From the human T2T-CHM13v2.0 reference genome, Homo sapiens: a DNA stretch of 64,000 bases. Shown piece after piece: positions 1-18,298 of this stretch. The notes below the pieces were generated by a model. It did no database searches, had not been told where the DNA came from, and saw only the letters and a program-made list of their open reading frames with translations. The position numbers were made by a program, and so were the translations under genes. The stretch is taken from the NCBI RefSeq assembly GCF_009914755.1, contig NC_060926.1; one strand, written 5' to 3'. Each line of letters opens with the position of its first letter. Position 1 is the first letter of the stretch.

Positions 1-96
1 ATACATTTCTTCATTTTTAAGGTGATGTAGATTATTGGTAGACTTTCTGCTGATATGGTTCTTATTGGGAAGGAAAGATTTAATATGGTCAAGCAC

Positions 97-210
97 AATG
101 GTTCTTAACCTTGACTACACAGTAGAACCACCCAAAGAGATTTGAAAAAAAAAAAAATCCATGTCCAGGCTTTGACCCGGGCATTAGTATTTTAAAAGTT
201 GAACAACTGG
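97..210. mobile_element. MER5-like hAT DNA transposon relic
   Basis: caatggttcttaaccttgactacac...agaacca resembles the MER5 terminus. Confidence 0.4.
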
Positions 211-229
211 TATCATGTTAAAAAATACT

Positions 230-400
230 CTCAGTTGGACTTCAAAAACCTGAATTCTCATTTGGGCTTTGCCTCTAACTGTATAATCTCTTAGTCTCAC
301 TATGCCTCTGTTATCTCTTTAGGGTTATTTGGCCTTGCTAAAATGAGATGAAGTAAACAAAAAGTACTTTGCAAAACAAGAGTTGCTATATAAAAATGAA
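230..400 (+). mobile_element. MIR relic
   Basis: Degenerate MIR core and tail (aaatgagatg...aaagtactttgcaaaac). Confidence 0.4.
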
Positions 401-734
401 ATGGTTAGGGGAAGAGACAGAGAGCCAGAAAAGACAGGTCATGTCTTCAGAAGCTATTTCATGGGAGTATCCACTGGAGTACCATGTGCATGGTCAACCC
501 TCATTGAGAAGAAAGATTGTCTAGCTGACAGCTGGGTTATTGTCACCTGCAAATGCCCTGAGAACCTTGGTCAGAGGAGTGATGCACCTTTCTTTATGCA
601 CAGAGTTGGCAGAGCTCTGTAAATTAATTGCACAACTCTAATCCTATTTAAATGCCCCAGGGGTATAGCTTATAACCTCATATAGGATTTGCCATCTGTA
701 AATCTAGAACACTGAACACTCTGTTTGCTTAAAG

Positions 735-816
735 GGGATGTTTCATTTGGCAAATGAACCTGAGAACGCCTCATCCACAAAATGGCAATCAGATCAGCAA
801 TCACACAGCTCAGAAA
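735..816 (+). CDS. Candidate internal exon of the + strand gene (weak)
   Basis: Acceptor ctctgtttgcttaaAG at 733-734; open in two frames (GCFIWQMNLRTPHPQNGNQISNHTAQK or GMFHLANEPENASSTKWQSDQQSHSSE); atypical donor GTATCC at 817; phase does not obviously join the main downstream frame. Confidence 0.35.
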
Positions 817-1237
817 GTATCCGTACCTGATGAAGGACCACAGGAGGGTGCCAGGGTCTATGGCTCTCCCAGGATATTCTCTCCCTTTCTTCCCAGGACC
901 CCTGTGCGTTGCCTGCCCATTCCTCAGGAGCCAAGAACGCATTCTGCCCCACCAAGCTGGGGAATACGTGGGCTGCATGCTCCATCCTGCCCTTCCTTGC
1001 AGTTGTCCTTCACTTCCTTCAAGCTTGCTAGGAAATTTACCAGAACTGGCACATCTGTAGCAGGTGATGAAAATGGAAACATTAAGTTTTAGAGGACAGC
1101 GTAGGAGGGGGCATGTGTAGCCAAAATAGCTGCAACTCAGCAAGTCAAATGGAGTAGAAGAAGACATTTTCTTCTTCATCTCTGAAACCTTGGAAGACGA
1201 CAAAAGCCTCATTTGTGACTTACAACTGTGCATGAAT

Positions 1238-1742
<505 letters not shown>

Positions 1743-2298
1743 GCTTGAGTATACTGGCATGTTCAATAAAGAGAAAAGAAAAATTAAATTTACAAACCAG
1801 TTGTTTGAATTTATGTGACAGATTGACTGAATTCAGCTATTTGTCTCTCACCAAGGGCTTGGGCACATGTGCAGCCACAGTGTGACAGTTTGGGATTAGG
1901 AAGTAAGGAGTAGGCATTTGCCAGTGCTCCTGAAATGCTATCCAGATTTCTTCCATTTTCTGACAGATTTAGCTCCAGTTTATTATAAAGTTCTATAACA
2001 ATTCAGAAGAGAAAGATGTGTTAAAGTTCTCAAATATGAAATCAGAAGGTGCAGGGCAGGGGGTTGGGGGGAGGTGCAAAGATTCTTGAAAAGGAAAGAG
2101 ACCTATGTTAAATGCAAACTGGTATTCATAACATAATATACCTTTAAAAGCCCAGTAAGGAGGTAGTTGCCAATGTACGACAAAGTGGGGAGTTTGGTTT
2201 GTCTCATGGGCATCTATGCGAGGTAGAAATAAGCCACTTTGAGAATATGAGCATTATGGTCCTCAAAGTAAAAACTCACATTCTAATGTGAATATTCA

Positions 2299-2731
<433 letters not shown>

Positions 2732-3099
2732 TCAAGTTTTCACTCTGCCGCTTACAAATTTAGCCTTTTCTGGTTATACTTTCTTCATATATGCAAAGAA
2801 CTAACAATTTTGGTACTATGTGCCTTATTGATTTTTTAGTATTTAAATTTTCAAGGGAAAAATCATGATAAACTTCTTAATGCATGTACATGCATAGATT
2901 TAGTCAATGTGCTATATGTTATTTTGTATTTTACTTCTTTTTCCAAGTTTTGAATTTTCTTCTGTCAACATCATACACATTTATCGCCGCTTTGTCAGTG
3001 ACTCAAGATATGAAACAATTTTTATATCTGAGTTAATTTCTTCTCGATTATTAAATATGTATCATGTTTCTAGCTTTTTTACTGCTATAAAAGTGTTAT

Positions 3100-3395
<296 letters not shown>

Positions 3396-3493
3396 GTGTT
3401 ATGTCTGTCTGTCTTCATACAAATTGGGTTTTTTTTCTTTTGGTTTACTTCATTGCAACGTATTCCTTGGAACAAGTTGCTTAGTTCTGGGGG

Positions 3494-3804
3494 TTTTTTT
3501 CTGGGTTTTTTTCTTTTTTTGGAGACCAAGCGTCACTCTATTACCCAGGCTGGAGTACAGAGGCGCGATCTCGGCTCACTGCAACCCCTGCCTCCTGAAC
3601 TCAAGGGATCCTCCTTTCTCAGCCTCCGGAGTAGTTGGGACCATAGGTGCATGCCAACATGCCTGGCTAATTTTTTGTATTTTTTGTAGAGATGGCACTT
3701 CGCCATGTTGCCTGGGCTGCTCTCGAACTCCTGAGCTCAAGCAATCTGCCCGCCTAGGCCTCCCAAAGTGTTGGGATTACAGGCGTGAGCCACCGTGCCC
3801 AGCC
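3494..3804 (-). mobile_element. Alu (J-like)
   Basis: Reverse-complement dimer with ctcctgagctcaag. Confidence 0.9.
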
Positions 3805-5238
3805 AGCTCTGTTTATTGCCAAGTTGCACTTCAGGAGGCAGGGAACCTGTGGATTGTCCTGTTTCTCTGGGGCCCCTCCCACATTGTCTTTTAACCTTAT
3901 GGTGTATGAATTAATAGAGAAGCAGTAACAATTGTTAAATTGAAGCTGTTCGTCAGGATAGTTCAACATTTTTCAGTATCTCGTTTTCTAACTATATTTC
4001 TCTGTCTCTCGCCTCAGCCTTTCCACATTACGGATGTAACTTTTATGGGTATATATCTTTCAATTGTTTTTATCTTTCTGTTGTACTTCCTTTCATCTTA
4101 GTTTTGTTACTGTCCATCATATGGAACGTTTTACTTTAATATAATTAAACGCATGCATGTCACTAACGTCTTCTTATACAGCTGAGATACTCCATTTCTT
4201 TCTAAAGTTTTTTGGAGAATGTTTAAAATTCTCAATATATAACTCATCTCGAATTTATTGTGGCCTGTGAGAATCAAGAAATGTATTGAGAAGAGTAAAG
4301 GATTTAGAATTTTAAAAACTAAACAATTTGAGTCCAACAGCACTAGCTTAAACGGCTTTAAAGAAGTCACTTAACATCTTAAAACAGTGTCCTCTACTAG
4401 ATTGAAAACAGGGACTTTGTCTTATTTCTCTTCGTATTTTCCACAAAATCCAGCAAAGTACACTGTGTATAGGATAAATGTTAATATGTCTGTATTTAAG
4501 TTATATTTTTGCATATTGCCATTAAATTGTTCCAGTAGCATTTATTAAATAATGGTCTACTTCCCAACTATTTATTCGGTTGCTTACAATGGATCATTGT
4601 ATCAGTGACACTCAGATTTCTTCCAATGGCAAAGCACCTGGAAGTTACAGCATTCTTTGCAGAACATTGTGAAATATGGAAAAATTAAACTTAAAATAAT
4701 GAAAATTAAAATCTGATGCTAAATCAGATAACTAGCTTATACCAGATTCTAGTATAGTGTAGAAACCATAAGATTAGACACCAACAGTTGTTTTTAAGTA
4801 ATGGGAGAAATATTAAAATTAAGAACATTCTATCCAATAACTTAATTCCTTATAAGAATCAGGAAAAAAATAAAAGCCAATGAAACAGCAAGTTCGTCAA
4901 GAACAAAAGTTGAAAATCATATCGTATATAAAGCATTACCAGTTGAGACAATATAAATAAAAACCTCTGATAAAATGTAAACACTATATAAATATGAAGT
5001 CCAGCTGAACTAGGCTGAACTCTAGTTGAACCCAAAAACTTCTTAAGATCAGTCTTTTGAGTTACCATGGACGGAATTCCTGCCGTATTAGAAAGTCTGA
5101 GGGAGAGTGGATGTCAGACCTCCAGAGCATACTTCACACCAGCAGCCGGACCTAAGGACACTTCTCTTCATTGATCTATAAATCAGAAAGGAGATGACAC
5201 AAAAGGGACTCACAGCTTCACATTCTACCATATTGCAG

Positions 5239-5270
5239 AGTATGGACTTCACAAAGCAAACAAGGAGGAG
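5239..5270 (+). CDS. Small internal coding exon (32 nt), ...VWTSQSKQGG-
   Basis: Acceptor cattctaccatattgcAG at 5237-5238; donor GAG|GTATGT at 5271; a phase-1 end joins exon 8753 in the open frame; true acceptor uncertain. Confidence 0.6.
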
Positions 5271-5456
5271 GTATGTTGGAACCGTCAGAAAGAACCGCTG
5301 TGTTCTTTGTGTTCTGAGGACTTTGCCAGCACAACAGGCTAGATTCCTGTGCTCTGCACAGTGATCATGAAGAGGTGGATGAAAATGTCTGTTAAGGCTG
5401 TTGGACCTTCTGCAAGCAACATTGTTTTGCTATGCTAATTAATATGTTTTCATTGA

Positions 5457-5737
5457 GGCCAGACATGGTGGCTCATGCCTGTAATCTCAGCACTTTGGGA
5501 GGCTGAGCTGGGCAGATGACTTGAGGTCAGGAGTTCGAGACCAGGCTGGGCAACATGATGAAACCCCATCTCTATTAAAAATACAAAAACTTAGCTGGGT
5601 GTAGTGGTATCTGCCTGTAATCTTAGCTACCTGGGAGGCTAAGGCAGGAGCATCGCTTGAGGCGGAGGCTACAGTGAGCTGAGATCGTGCCACTGCACTC
5701 TAGCCTGGGTGACAGAATGAGACTCTGTCTCAAAAAA
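5457..5737 (+). mobile_element. Alu
   Basis: Dimer whose tail runs into an AT minisatellite. Confidence 0.95.
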
Positions 5738-6590
5738 TATGTATATATATTATATTCTATATAATATATATTATATTCTATATAATATATATTATATTCT
5801 ATATAATATATATTATATTCTATATAATATATATTATATTCTATATAATATGTAAAATATATATTATATTCTATATAATGTATTATATATAGAATATAAT
5901 ATATTCTATGTATTCTATAATCTATATAATACATATTATATATTATATAGAATATTATAAATAATATATTCTATATTATATATAGAATATATTCTATATG
6001 TTTATATTCTATATATTATATATGAAATAGTATATAAAATATATATAATATATATAAAATATGATATATAATATATATAAAATAATATATAATGTATAAT
6101 ATATAAAATAATATATAATGTATAATATATAAAATAATATATAATGTATAATATATAAAATAATATATAATGTATATTATATAAAATAATATATAATGTA
6201 TATTATATATAAAATAATATATAATGTATATTATATATAAAATAATATATAATGTATATAAAATAATATATAATATATTATATATAAAATAATATATAAT
6301 ATATTATATATAAAATAATATATATTATATATAAAATAATATATATTATATATAAAATAATATATATTATATATAAAATAATATATAATATATTATATAT
6401 AAAATAATATATATTATATATAAAATAATATATATTATATATAAAATAATATAATATATATTATATATAAAATAATATATAATATATTATATAAAAATAT
6501 AAATATATTATATAAAAATATAAAATATAAAATATTACATATAAAATATATATAATATATTACATATAAAATATATAATATATAATACAT
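5738..6590. repeat. AT-rich minisatellite / low-complexity tract (~850 bp)
   Basis: Units such as atattatattctatataatat and atataaaataatatataatgt; almost no G or C. Confidence 0.95.
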
Positions 6591-6669
6591 ATTTTTTTCA
6601 TCGAACTTACTTTTACTTAAACCTTTGACTTTAAAAAACGTTTCTTCTTAAGAAAGGCAATATCTTATA

Positions 6670-7377
<708 letters not shown>

Positions 7378-7728
7378 TGATAGTCTTGTCCAAATATAGA
7401 TTTGTCCCAATTCAAGAAAAATCAAGATACAAAACTTTATACTTAGGGAACAAATATTTTGGTATTAATAATGGACCTTGCTAAGTCACTCTCTACTTTA
7501 AAAATTCCCCCAGAATTTTTTTAAATCGTGGAAATCTCTGGTGAAGTTAAAATATGATACCAAGTAAAATCTCCAACTCTTTTTAATGAATAGTTTATAA
7601 TAAACACTCTGTCCTCCAGGATAGTGATAGCTTTTCTCTAAACAACAACATTCATGGACAATATTCTATGACAGAGGTGTGTGTGTCTGTGTGTGTGTTG
7701 CCAAGAAATTAGAACTGCTGAATCCTGA

Positions 7729-8087
<359 letters not shown>

Positions 8088-8752
8088 TGACTTCTTCTGA
8101 CTCGTGGTTTCTTAATCTCCAGGGCACTCTTGGTCCAGGGTTCTGAAATCAGGACAAACAGGGAGAGACTGCTTCATGTAATCGTGCAATCATCCTTTCT
8201 CCTTCTCTTTTACACTACCTCCAAAGACTGCATGCATCAGTGGTATTGTTCAAAGCATTTCAGTAAATTTTAGCTCAAGCCATTTCCCCCCCGACAAAAT
8301 GTATCCCACCAAAAGGTTTGCTTCTCACCTCCCCAAGAGTATGTGTGCTCCAGATGTTTTTGAACTCTCATTGCAGGATGTGGTGCAAACAATCCCAGAT
8401 TACTTTGGTTGTCCTAACATAGTCATGCCACTAAGGGCACCCTACTCTATAAATGCTGACCACCAACTTATACTTCACCAATGTGGAAACAACAACTTGC
8501 TTTCTGTCACCCTGGACTGCTGATTCAGATCAGAAAGCTGAATGCAAAGTTACAGACAGTGGCCCTTGTTTACACTTAGCAATCTGTGTGTATTTTTTAG
8601 GATGGCATTTCTCCTAATATTAGTAAAGCTTTTAATATGCCCATTAAAATAGGACACAGTTTCTACTAAGTGCATTTATGTGAAGAGCCATTTTTCACTT
8701 AATTTTCCCAACACCTCGGACAGTTTACAGCAAAGTTTTGCTCTTTTTTCAG

Positions 8753-8859
8753 GTTCAGAAAATGGTCTTGCACAGAAGCATCGAACACCTCGCCGACGAT
8801 GTCAGCAGCCCAAAATGCTGAGTAGCCCTGAGGACACCATGTACTATAACCAGTTAAAT
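8753..8859 (+). CDS. Internal coding exon (107 nt), (G)[35 protein letters not shown]
   Basis: Acceptor ttttgctcttttttcAG, donor AAT|GTGAGT at 8860; CpG-containing; frame continuous into the next two exons. Confidence 0.85.
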
Positions 8860-9231
8860 GTGAGTTCAAAGTGGCCGTAAAGCTGTTTCACTGGCTTTGT
8901 TTCCAGTTAATAATTCTGTTATTACTACCTGTTCCAGCCCCTGCAGCCCCACCCCCACCCTCATGCTCTCGTCTTGAACATGTGCTTAGGCTCTTTATCT
9001 GTTGCTTTCATGTCAGGATGTCTGCCTTCACGGTGAATAATTGATGTGGTTTATCAAAGACGAGCAAGATGCATGCTTCATCAGGCTCACTTGAGCCCTT
9101 TGATCAAAAAAATTATGCTGTGACTTCTGATATTATCAGCATCTGCTTGCATTCAACACAAAATCACTTTGAATTAAAAATTAACGACTTGCTGCTTTGC
9201 TTTGACTGTGTGTTCTTGGCCCTCTCCACAG

Positions 9232-9278
9232 GGAACTCTAGAATATCAAGGGAGCAAGAGGAAGCCAAGAAAACTTGG
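9232..9278 (+). CDS. Internal coding exon (47 nt), GTLEYQGSKRKPRKLG-
   Basis: Acceptor gttcttggccctctccacAG, donor TGG|GTAAAT at 9279; phase 0 in, phase 2 out, matching both neighbours. Confidence 0.85.
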
Positions 9279-10106
9279 GTAAATATCTGTCTTCTTAGTT
9301 CTAAGCAACTGTAAACAGAAGGGGTCCTTTGTGATATTACAGAAAATGCAAAACTTTCCAGAGAGGCTTCTAAAAATATGCAATCCAGATATTGCCACTC
9401 TTATTGACATTGGAAATTACTTTTCACAGTAGCAAGTATACAAAACTTGAATCTATTCTGTCCAAAAAGGTTGAAATTGTCACCTAAGGGCAAATGTTAT
9501 TTCTCATAATTATTCCAGGGAATTGTACTTTCTTCATAATTAGAGACATGTAGTGGGTTATATAAAATTCTCCTTCCACAAATAAGAGCACTCTACGAAG
9601 TACAAATAGGCCACTTCCTCCACATTATCCTACCCCTGGGCCTTAAAAACATGGACAAGGAGAAACATGCCCAACTGGTTAGATAGAGGATAGTAAGGAA
9701 TTTGTCGTTCATTTGATAGTTAGCATCTCAATTGAGAACAGCAATGAAGTACATAATGGTAATAATTAGAGAATTGGGGGAGGTCAGGAGGAAAACTTTC
9801 TCATCTAGAGGGAACCAGATGGAGACAGAGTTCAATCCCATAAAGCAAGTTGCAATACGACCACAACTTCCAGACACCACAAAACTGGACCCACTATCAG
9901 TGCACGACCCAAAGGTGAAGGGCTTTGTAGATCAGACCCTGGTACCTCTGTACTGGGAGACCCTGAGCTACCTAGGAGCTGTCCTTCCCCTCCAGTGTTG
10001 GAGCCCAACCCTGTTCCAGCTACTCACATGACTTTAGCTGCCCCAGTGATGATTGTAACATTTGTTTTATTTTTTGTTGAAAATCCTGTTGTTTTCTTTG
10101 TTGCAG

Positions 10107-10245
10107 CCAAATCAAAGTACTTGATGGGGAAGATGAATATTACAAATCTCTGTCACCAGTGGACTGTATCCCTGAGGAGAACAACTCAGCCCACCCTTCC
10201 TTTTTTTCTTCATCCTCAAAAGGAGACTCTTTTGCTCAACATTAA
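10107..10245 (+). CDS. Terminal coding exon, [45 protein letters not shown]
   Basis: Acceptor gttttctttgttgcAG at 10105-10106; phase-2 join completes Gly; TAA at 10243-10245 followed by UTR-like sequence. Confidence 0.85.
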
Positions 10246-11479
10246 ATTGTGCTTCCTAACCCTAAATCTGTCCAGAGTAGGAACATTCATGGTAATCGAC
10301 TGTCTGTCATTGCGTAAGAAAGCACTGATATGGGGTCAGCTTCTTTGGACATATGGTCCATGCCTGAACCTTACTGAACCACTTGCAGATTCCAAAACAT
10401 CTTATCCTATCCTCTACCACTCTCCCACATGTGTTGTGCAGCCTGAGCTGGGCGCTGCCTTCCTTTCTCATCCCATGGGGCCCTGTGGGACACTGAGAAC
10501 ACCTTTACAATAGTTTAAACAGTCATTCATGCCCCCAGTGTCTAGGAAGATAACAGCCAGTCTCACCCCAGTCTAATCATGGACCCTGATAATATTGCTT
10601 GATTTTTCCTATCAAGTTACTTTTCAATCCATTCAGAATCTGCCCCAGTGGAGACCCAGGAGTTCCTTTCCTGCACTCTTCTCCATCCTCCCACCTTTGC
10701 TGGGCTTTTCTATCACTCCCACCTCCCCCAGAGTCAGGGCTCCATTGCTGAGTGCCCCATCCTGGAGGATTGGCCCCAAGATCTCCTAGAACAGGATAAT
10801 TGCCTGTGTTTAGGCAGATAGGCCTAAATCTTTCAGATTCTTTCTACAAGGCAAATAACCCCTCTCTTGTTAATTATGATGCTGAGAAAGCCTCTGTCTC
10901 TTTATTTCACCTTGCCAAGACACCCACACTACTTTGGTGATGAAAAGAAAGGAATGAGAGGGAAAGTTTGGACCTGTCACTTTGGTGACAGGGAAAGTCC
11001 AGGTCACTTTATTCTGTAACTCTCCATTCACTGGTCAAATAACTCCATGAGGCTATCAGTGGCTACAGTGGAAGGACCTGATCTTGTCCATCTTTGTGTG
11101 CACAGAGCCTAGCACAGGGCTTGGTAGAGGGTATATCTAGTGAATGGAGAATACATGGAGAAACTTAACTAAGTTACACAAGCATATCTGACAGGAATGT
11201 TACCTTCAATTGTATGTTACATATGATTAGTCACTTTTCATACACTATAACCTCTGATTTTTCACTCAAGTTTGGGCTGATTATATTGTAATGATGTTAG
11301 ATAATACTCAACATGATTCAGTATGACAAACTTTTTTGAGCACCTACTTTATATAAAACATGACAAATTGCAGTGTGATGTAATCAAAAACAAAGAAGCC
11401 CTATAAGACCATTTCTCTAGAACAGATGTTCTTAATATTTTTCTTACTCTAAAATATGTGGTAGATAGTATGCAAGAAA

Positions 11480-11797
<318 letters not shown>

Positions 11798-11957
11798 GAG
11801 ATAGTATGCAAGAAGACACCTAAATTTTGAGAGAAATAACCTTGAAGAAAATCTTGTTATCAGAGTTTTGAAAGGGAGCACATTAATAGGCCTTTTATGA
11901 AGATAAATAATGAAATGAGGTATTTAAAGATCTCAGAAATTGTAATTTTACAAGTAA

Positions 11958-11963
11958 AATAAA
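11958..11963 (+). terminator. Candidate proximal polyadenylation signal AATAAA
   Basis: AATAAA preceded by TGTA at 11941. Confidence 0.35.
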
Positions 11964-12267
11964 TATAGCCAATTTTTCAATAGCTGAACTTCACCCAAAA
12001 GGTAATGTTTATAAGTAGAGCAGAAAAAATGCAGATAAATTTTATTTTATTGTTTAAAAAATAATGTGTAGAATATATAAATTTTTTATGTTACTGTTAA
12101 TATACGAGTGCTTTTGGAAGTTTCACTTTTGTCACTGATTGTCTACTTTTGGTTTGATAATATGAGCTGCTTTTCAAATTGTTGAATGGAAATGTTCATA
12201 ACTCCCTGCTTGTCCGTGCACAATGTAATTCTAAACCTGGCTTGTTTCTCATTTAAATATATCTATA

Positions 12268-12273
12268 AATAAA
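12268..12273 (+). terminator. Candidate distal polyadenylation signal AATAAA
   Basis: AATAAA at the end of an AU/U-rich UTR-like block, with TGTA about 45 nt upstream. Confidence 0.55.
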
Positions 12274-12431
12274 CTTAAAAAGAAAACAGAAGTAATTGTG
12301 GAATCATAATCCAGAAGCTCTGCATAGTTAAGTCATTAATACAGCCATACTCCTAAGAGTACTTTAGAAATGATGTTCACTTTCAGTCACAGTATAGAGA
12401 AGACGGACTGTAGACATTATTCTTGGGCTAG

Positions 12432-12758
<327 letters not shown>

Positions 12759-13035
12759 TCAAAAAGCAATTCTTAAACCAAGCAGATGAGAATGATGCAA
12801 CCTGGAATCTTGTAACTTTTATTAGATTTATCAAAGTAATATGCACGTGACAAAAATCAAATAGTCCAGAGGGTTTATAGTGGAGAGCAGTCTTCTTCTC
12901 CATGTGCCTCTCTCCAGGAAGCAATCATTGTTTAAAATTATTTCCAACTCTTCTAACGGTTGCTAGCATGCCTCTGAATAATTTGCTTCTATCTTCTTGA
13001 TTTGTCATTTTAGACAATATTTAATCTCCCCCTTA

Positions 13036-13350
<315 letters not shown>

Positions 13351-13520
13351 GTAAAATAAGAAAACCAGCAGACTGAACAATGTCAAGTCAAACAGAAATG
13401 ATTCTGGGAGTAGGACATTTTTTAAAAGTTCCACTGCAGATATTTAGTGTTCATATTTTGAGCTGCTGCTTCTTCCATTTTGGTCATTTGCAGATATGCC
13501 TTCATCTACTTTTTTTAAAC

Positions 13521-13957
<437 letters not shown>

Positions 13958-14298
13958 TAGCACCTAGAAGCCTCTCTCCAGGCTCTTGCCAATTACCACT
14001 CCTGTCTGTGCCTCCCCAAAGATAAACATTCTCATGACTTTATTGGTAAACACTTCCTTGATTGTCTTTATAGTTTTATACTTACATGCATTCCTAAACA
14101 CTATAGTTAGGTTTTGCCTCATAATTAGGTTTGGAGAACTCTATATAAATGGAATCCTACAGTAAATAATTTTTTAGGTCTTGTTTCATTCAATGTTGCA
14201 TTTGCAAGGTTCATCTATGTCATGGAATGTAAATGTAGTTTGCTCATTTTCATGTCTGTGTAGTATTCTAGTAGAAGAATATGACATAATTGATGTAG

Positions 14299-14772
<474 letters not shown>

Positions 14773-15369
14773 TAAGGTATACATATCTTTACTTCAGTAC
14801 AGAATGCCAAACTGTTTTGCAAAGTAGTCATACCAATTTACAATCCTGTTAGTGGTATAAAAGAGCTCCCATTCTGCATTCTCACCAACTCTTGCCAACT
14901 CTTCGCCTGTCATCTGGGGACTCTGATGGGGTGCTGAATCCCAGAATCTCACTGTGATTATAGCTTATATATCCCTCATTAATAATGATACTGGGCACAT
15001 TTTATGTATTTTGTGCCCAACTTAGATAACTTTTATAACATGACCATTTTGAATTAGTTTAACCATTTTTTTCTTTTAATGTGAAGAAACACATTATATG
15101 TCAGTCATATGTGTTGCAAATATTTTCTCCACTAGGCAGCTTACGCTTTCATTCTTTTAAAGTGCCTTTGATGAGAAAAAAGTATGTAGTTTTAATGTGG
15201 TATAATTTATCAATCTTTTCCTTTTTTTAACTTTTATTTTACGTTCTGGGATACACGAGCAGGTTTGTAACATAGGTAAACTCATGTCATGGGGGCTTGT
15301 TGTACAGATTATTTTGTCACCCAGCTTTTCCTTTTTGATTAGTATGTTTTTATGGTCTGTTAAGAAATC

Positions 15370-15663
15370 TGGTGGCTCACACCTATAATCCCAGCACTTC
15401 AAGAGGCCAAGGTGGGCAGATTGCTTGAGCTCTGGAGTTCGAGACCAGACTGAGCAAAACCCAGTCTCCACCAAAACTACAAAAATTAGCTGGGTGTGGT
15501 GGCATGCACCTGTAGTCCCAGCTACTCGGGAGGCTGAGGTGGGAGGATTGCTTGAGCCCCAGGAGGTCAAGGCTGCAGTGAACTGTGATTGCACCACTGC
15601 ACTCCAGCCTGGGTGACAGAGTAAGACCCTGTCTCAAAACAAACAAACAAACAACAACAAAAA
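15370..15663 (+). mobile_element. Alu (J-like)
   Basis: Dimer with (AAAC)n tail. Confidence 0.95.
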
Positions 15664-16109
15664 ACTTTTCCTACCCCAAGGCCACAGAAATACTTGCTTT
15701 TAGAATCTCCTGGGAGCATTATTGTTTTGCCTTTCACATCTAGCTCCTCAACTCCCCAAAATTGATTTTGTGAATGGTGTGCAGTGAGGGTCAATTTTCA
15801 TGTTTTCTATAGGGTTATTCAATTGTCTCAGCCCCATTTAATAAAAAGGCCATTATTTTCTTACTGCTGTAAAATACTACCATTTATGTAAGTCAAGTGT
15901 TCATGGGTCTGTTTCCAGATTCTCTATTCTGTTCATTGATTTATTTGTTTTTCCTTGTCTTAAATACTATACCTTTATAATAGGCTTCAGTATATGGCAA
16001 CAAAAGGCCTCCAACATTGTTTTTCTTCTCCAAGAGAAACTTCCCATTAGTCTGGGCCCTATGTATATTATGGAATCAGTTAACATCTGAAAAACAAAAG
16101 CTGTTGGAG

Positions 16110-16800
<691 letters not shown>

Positions 16801-16970
16801 CTAATAATGTTAAAACTATTGGGATTTCTTTGGAATTATCTTGAATTTATAAGTGAATTTGAAAGGAATCGTCATGTTTACAATATTGACTTTTTCGATC
16901 CATAAATATGGCATATCCTTCCATTTATTTAGTTATTTATTCCTTTTTGTCTCTAAATAATGATGTATAC

Positions 16971-17267
<297 letters not shown>

Positions 17268-17579
17268 AATGATTTATAATTCTACATGAGAATTTTGGCA
17301 CAGATTTTGTTAGTTTTATTTCTATGTGCCACATATGATTTGATGTTATTTGAAAGGTTTTTTTAGTTATTTTCTATTTGTTTCTGTTATATGGAAATGC
17401 GGTTGATTTTTAGCATTTGAGTTCCACAACTTTGCTAAATTTACTCATTAATTCCAATAGTCTATCTATGGATACCTTTGGATTTTCTGTATACATAATT
17501 TTACCATCTGCAAATAACTACAGATTTTTTTTTCTTTTCAATCTTTATACCTTGTTTTTTCTTGGCTTACTGCCTGTAT

Positions 17580-17950
17580 CATTTACCTATTACTACATTA
17601 CCCAAAACAATTACATATTTCTCACAAGTCTAGGGGTTGGCTGAGTATTTCTACTGATTTGAGCTAGTCTTGCCAGGGTTCACTCGTGCATCTGCAATTA
17701 GCTACAAGTCAGCTAAGCAGCTTTGTTGATTTTGGCTGGGTTTCTCACATACTTGGGGCCACAGCAGAGACAGCTGGGCTAACTTAGTTCTGTTCTACAT
17801 GGTCTCAAGCTCCAAGTTACTATTATTCCCAGTGGCAGTGGCAGAGTCTCCAAGAAGGGAGGGGAGAGAAAGAGGTCTCTTTATTCTCAGAAGTGCTACA
17901 TTGACAATTCCACCACATTCTTTTAATCAAACCAAATCACAGGGCTAGAT
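17580..17950 (-). mobile_element. MLT1-like (ERVL-MaLR) LTR relic
   Basis: ttcactcgtgcatctgcaattagct; ttccaccacattcttttaatcaaaccaaatcacagggctaga. Confidence 0.55.
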
Positions 17951-18105
17951 ATTTTTAATATTGTACAACCTACTGTAAGATCCTCTTTATCATCTGTGAT
18001 CCTGATTGTCACTTAGTTTTTGTTATTAAGTTCTAGCTTACTCGCATTACGAACAGAGAACAATTCAGTAATGATTTCAAGTCTGAAATTTGTTGAGACT
18101 TTATA

Positions 18106-18238
18106 GCTGGAGTGCAGTGGTGCAATCATACCTCACTGCAGCCTCAAACTCTTGGGCTCAGAGATCCTCCTGCCTCAGCCTTCTAAGTAGGTGGGACTAT
18201 AGGCACACGCCACTGCACCCAGCTAACTGTATGTGTGT

Positions 18239-18298
<60 letters not shown>

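Noticed and set aside
670-1233. 187-aa minus-strand ORF and overlapping plus-strand ORFs
   Set aside because: No recognisable domain or splice context; only 735-816 is kept, as a weak exon candidate
5738-6590. Regular ~21-bp units as a possible CRISPR-like array
   Set aside because: No unique spacers; a low-complexity eukaryotic minisatellite
9732-10513. 99-aa and 172-aa ORFs in the track
   Set aside because: The first is intronic; the second spans the intron/exon boundary in a different frame from the splice-consistent one ending at 10245
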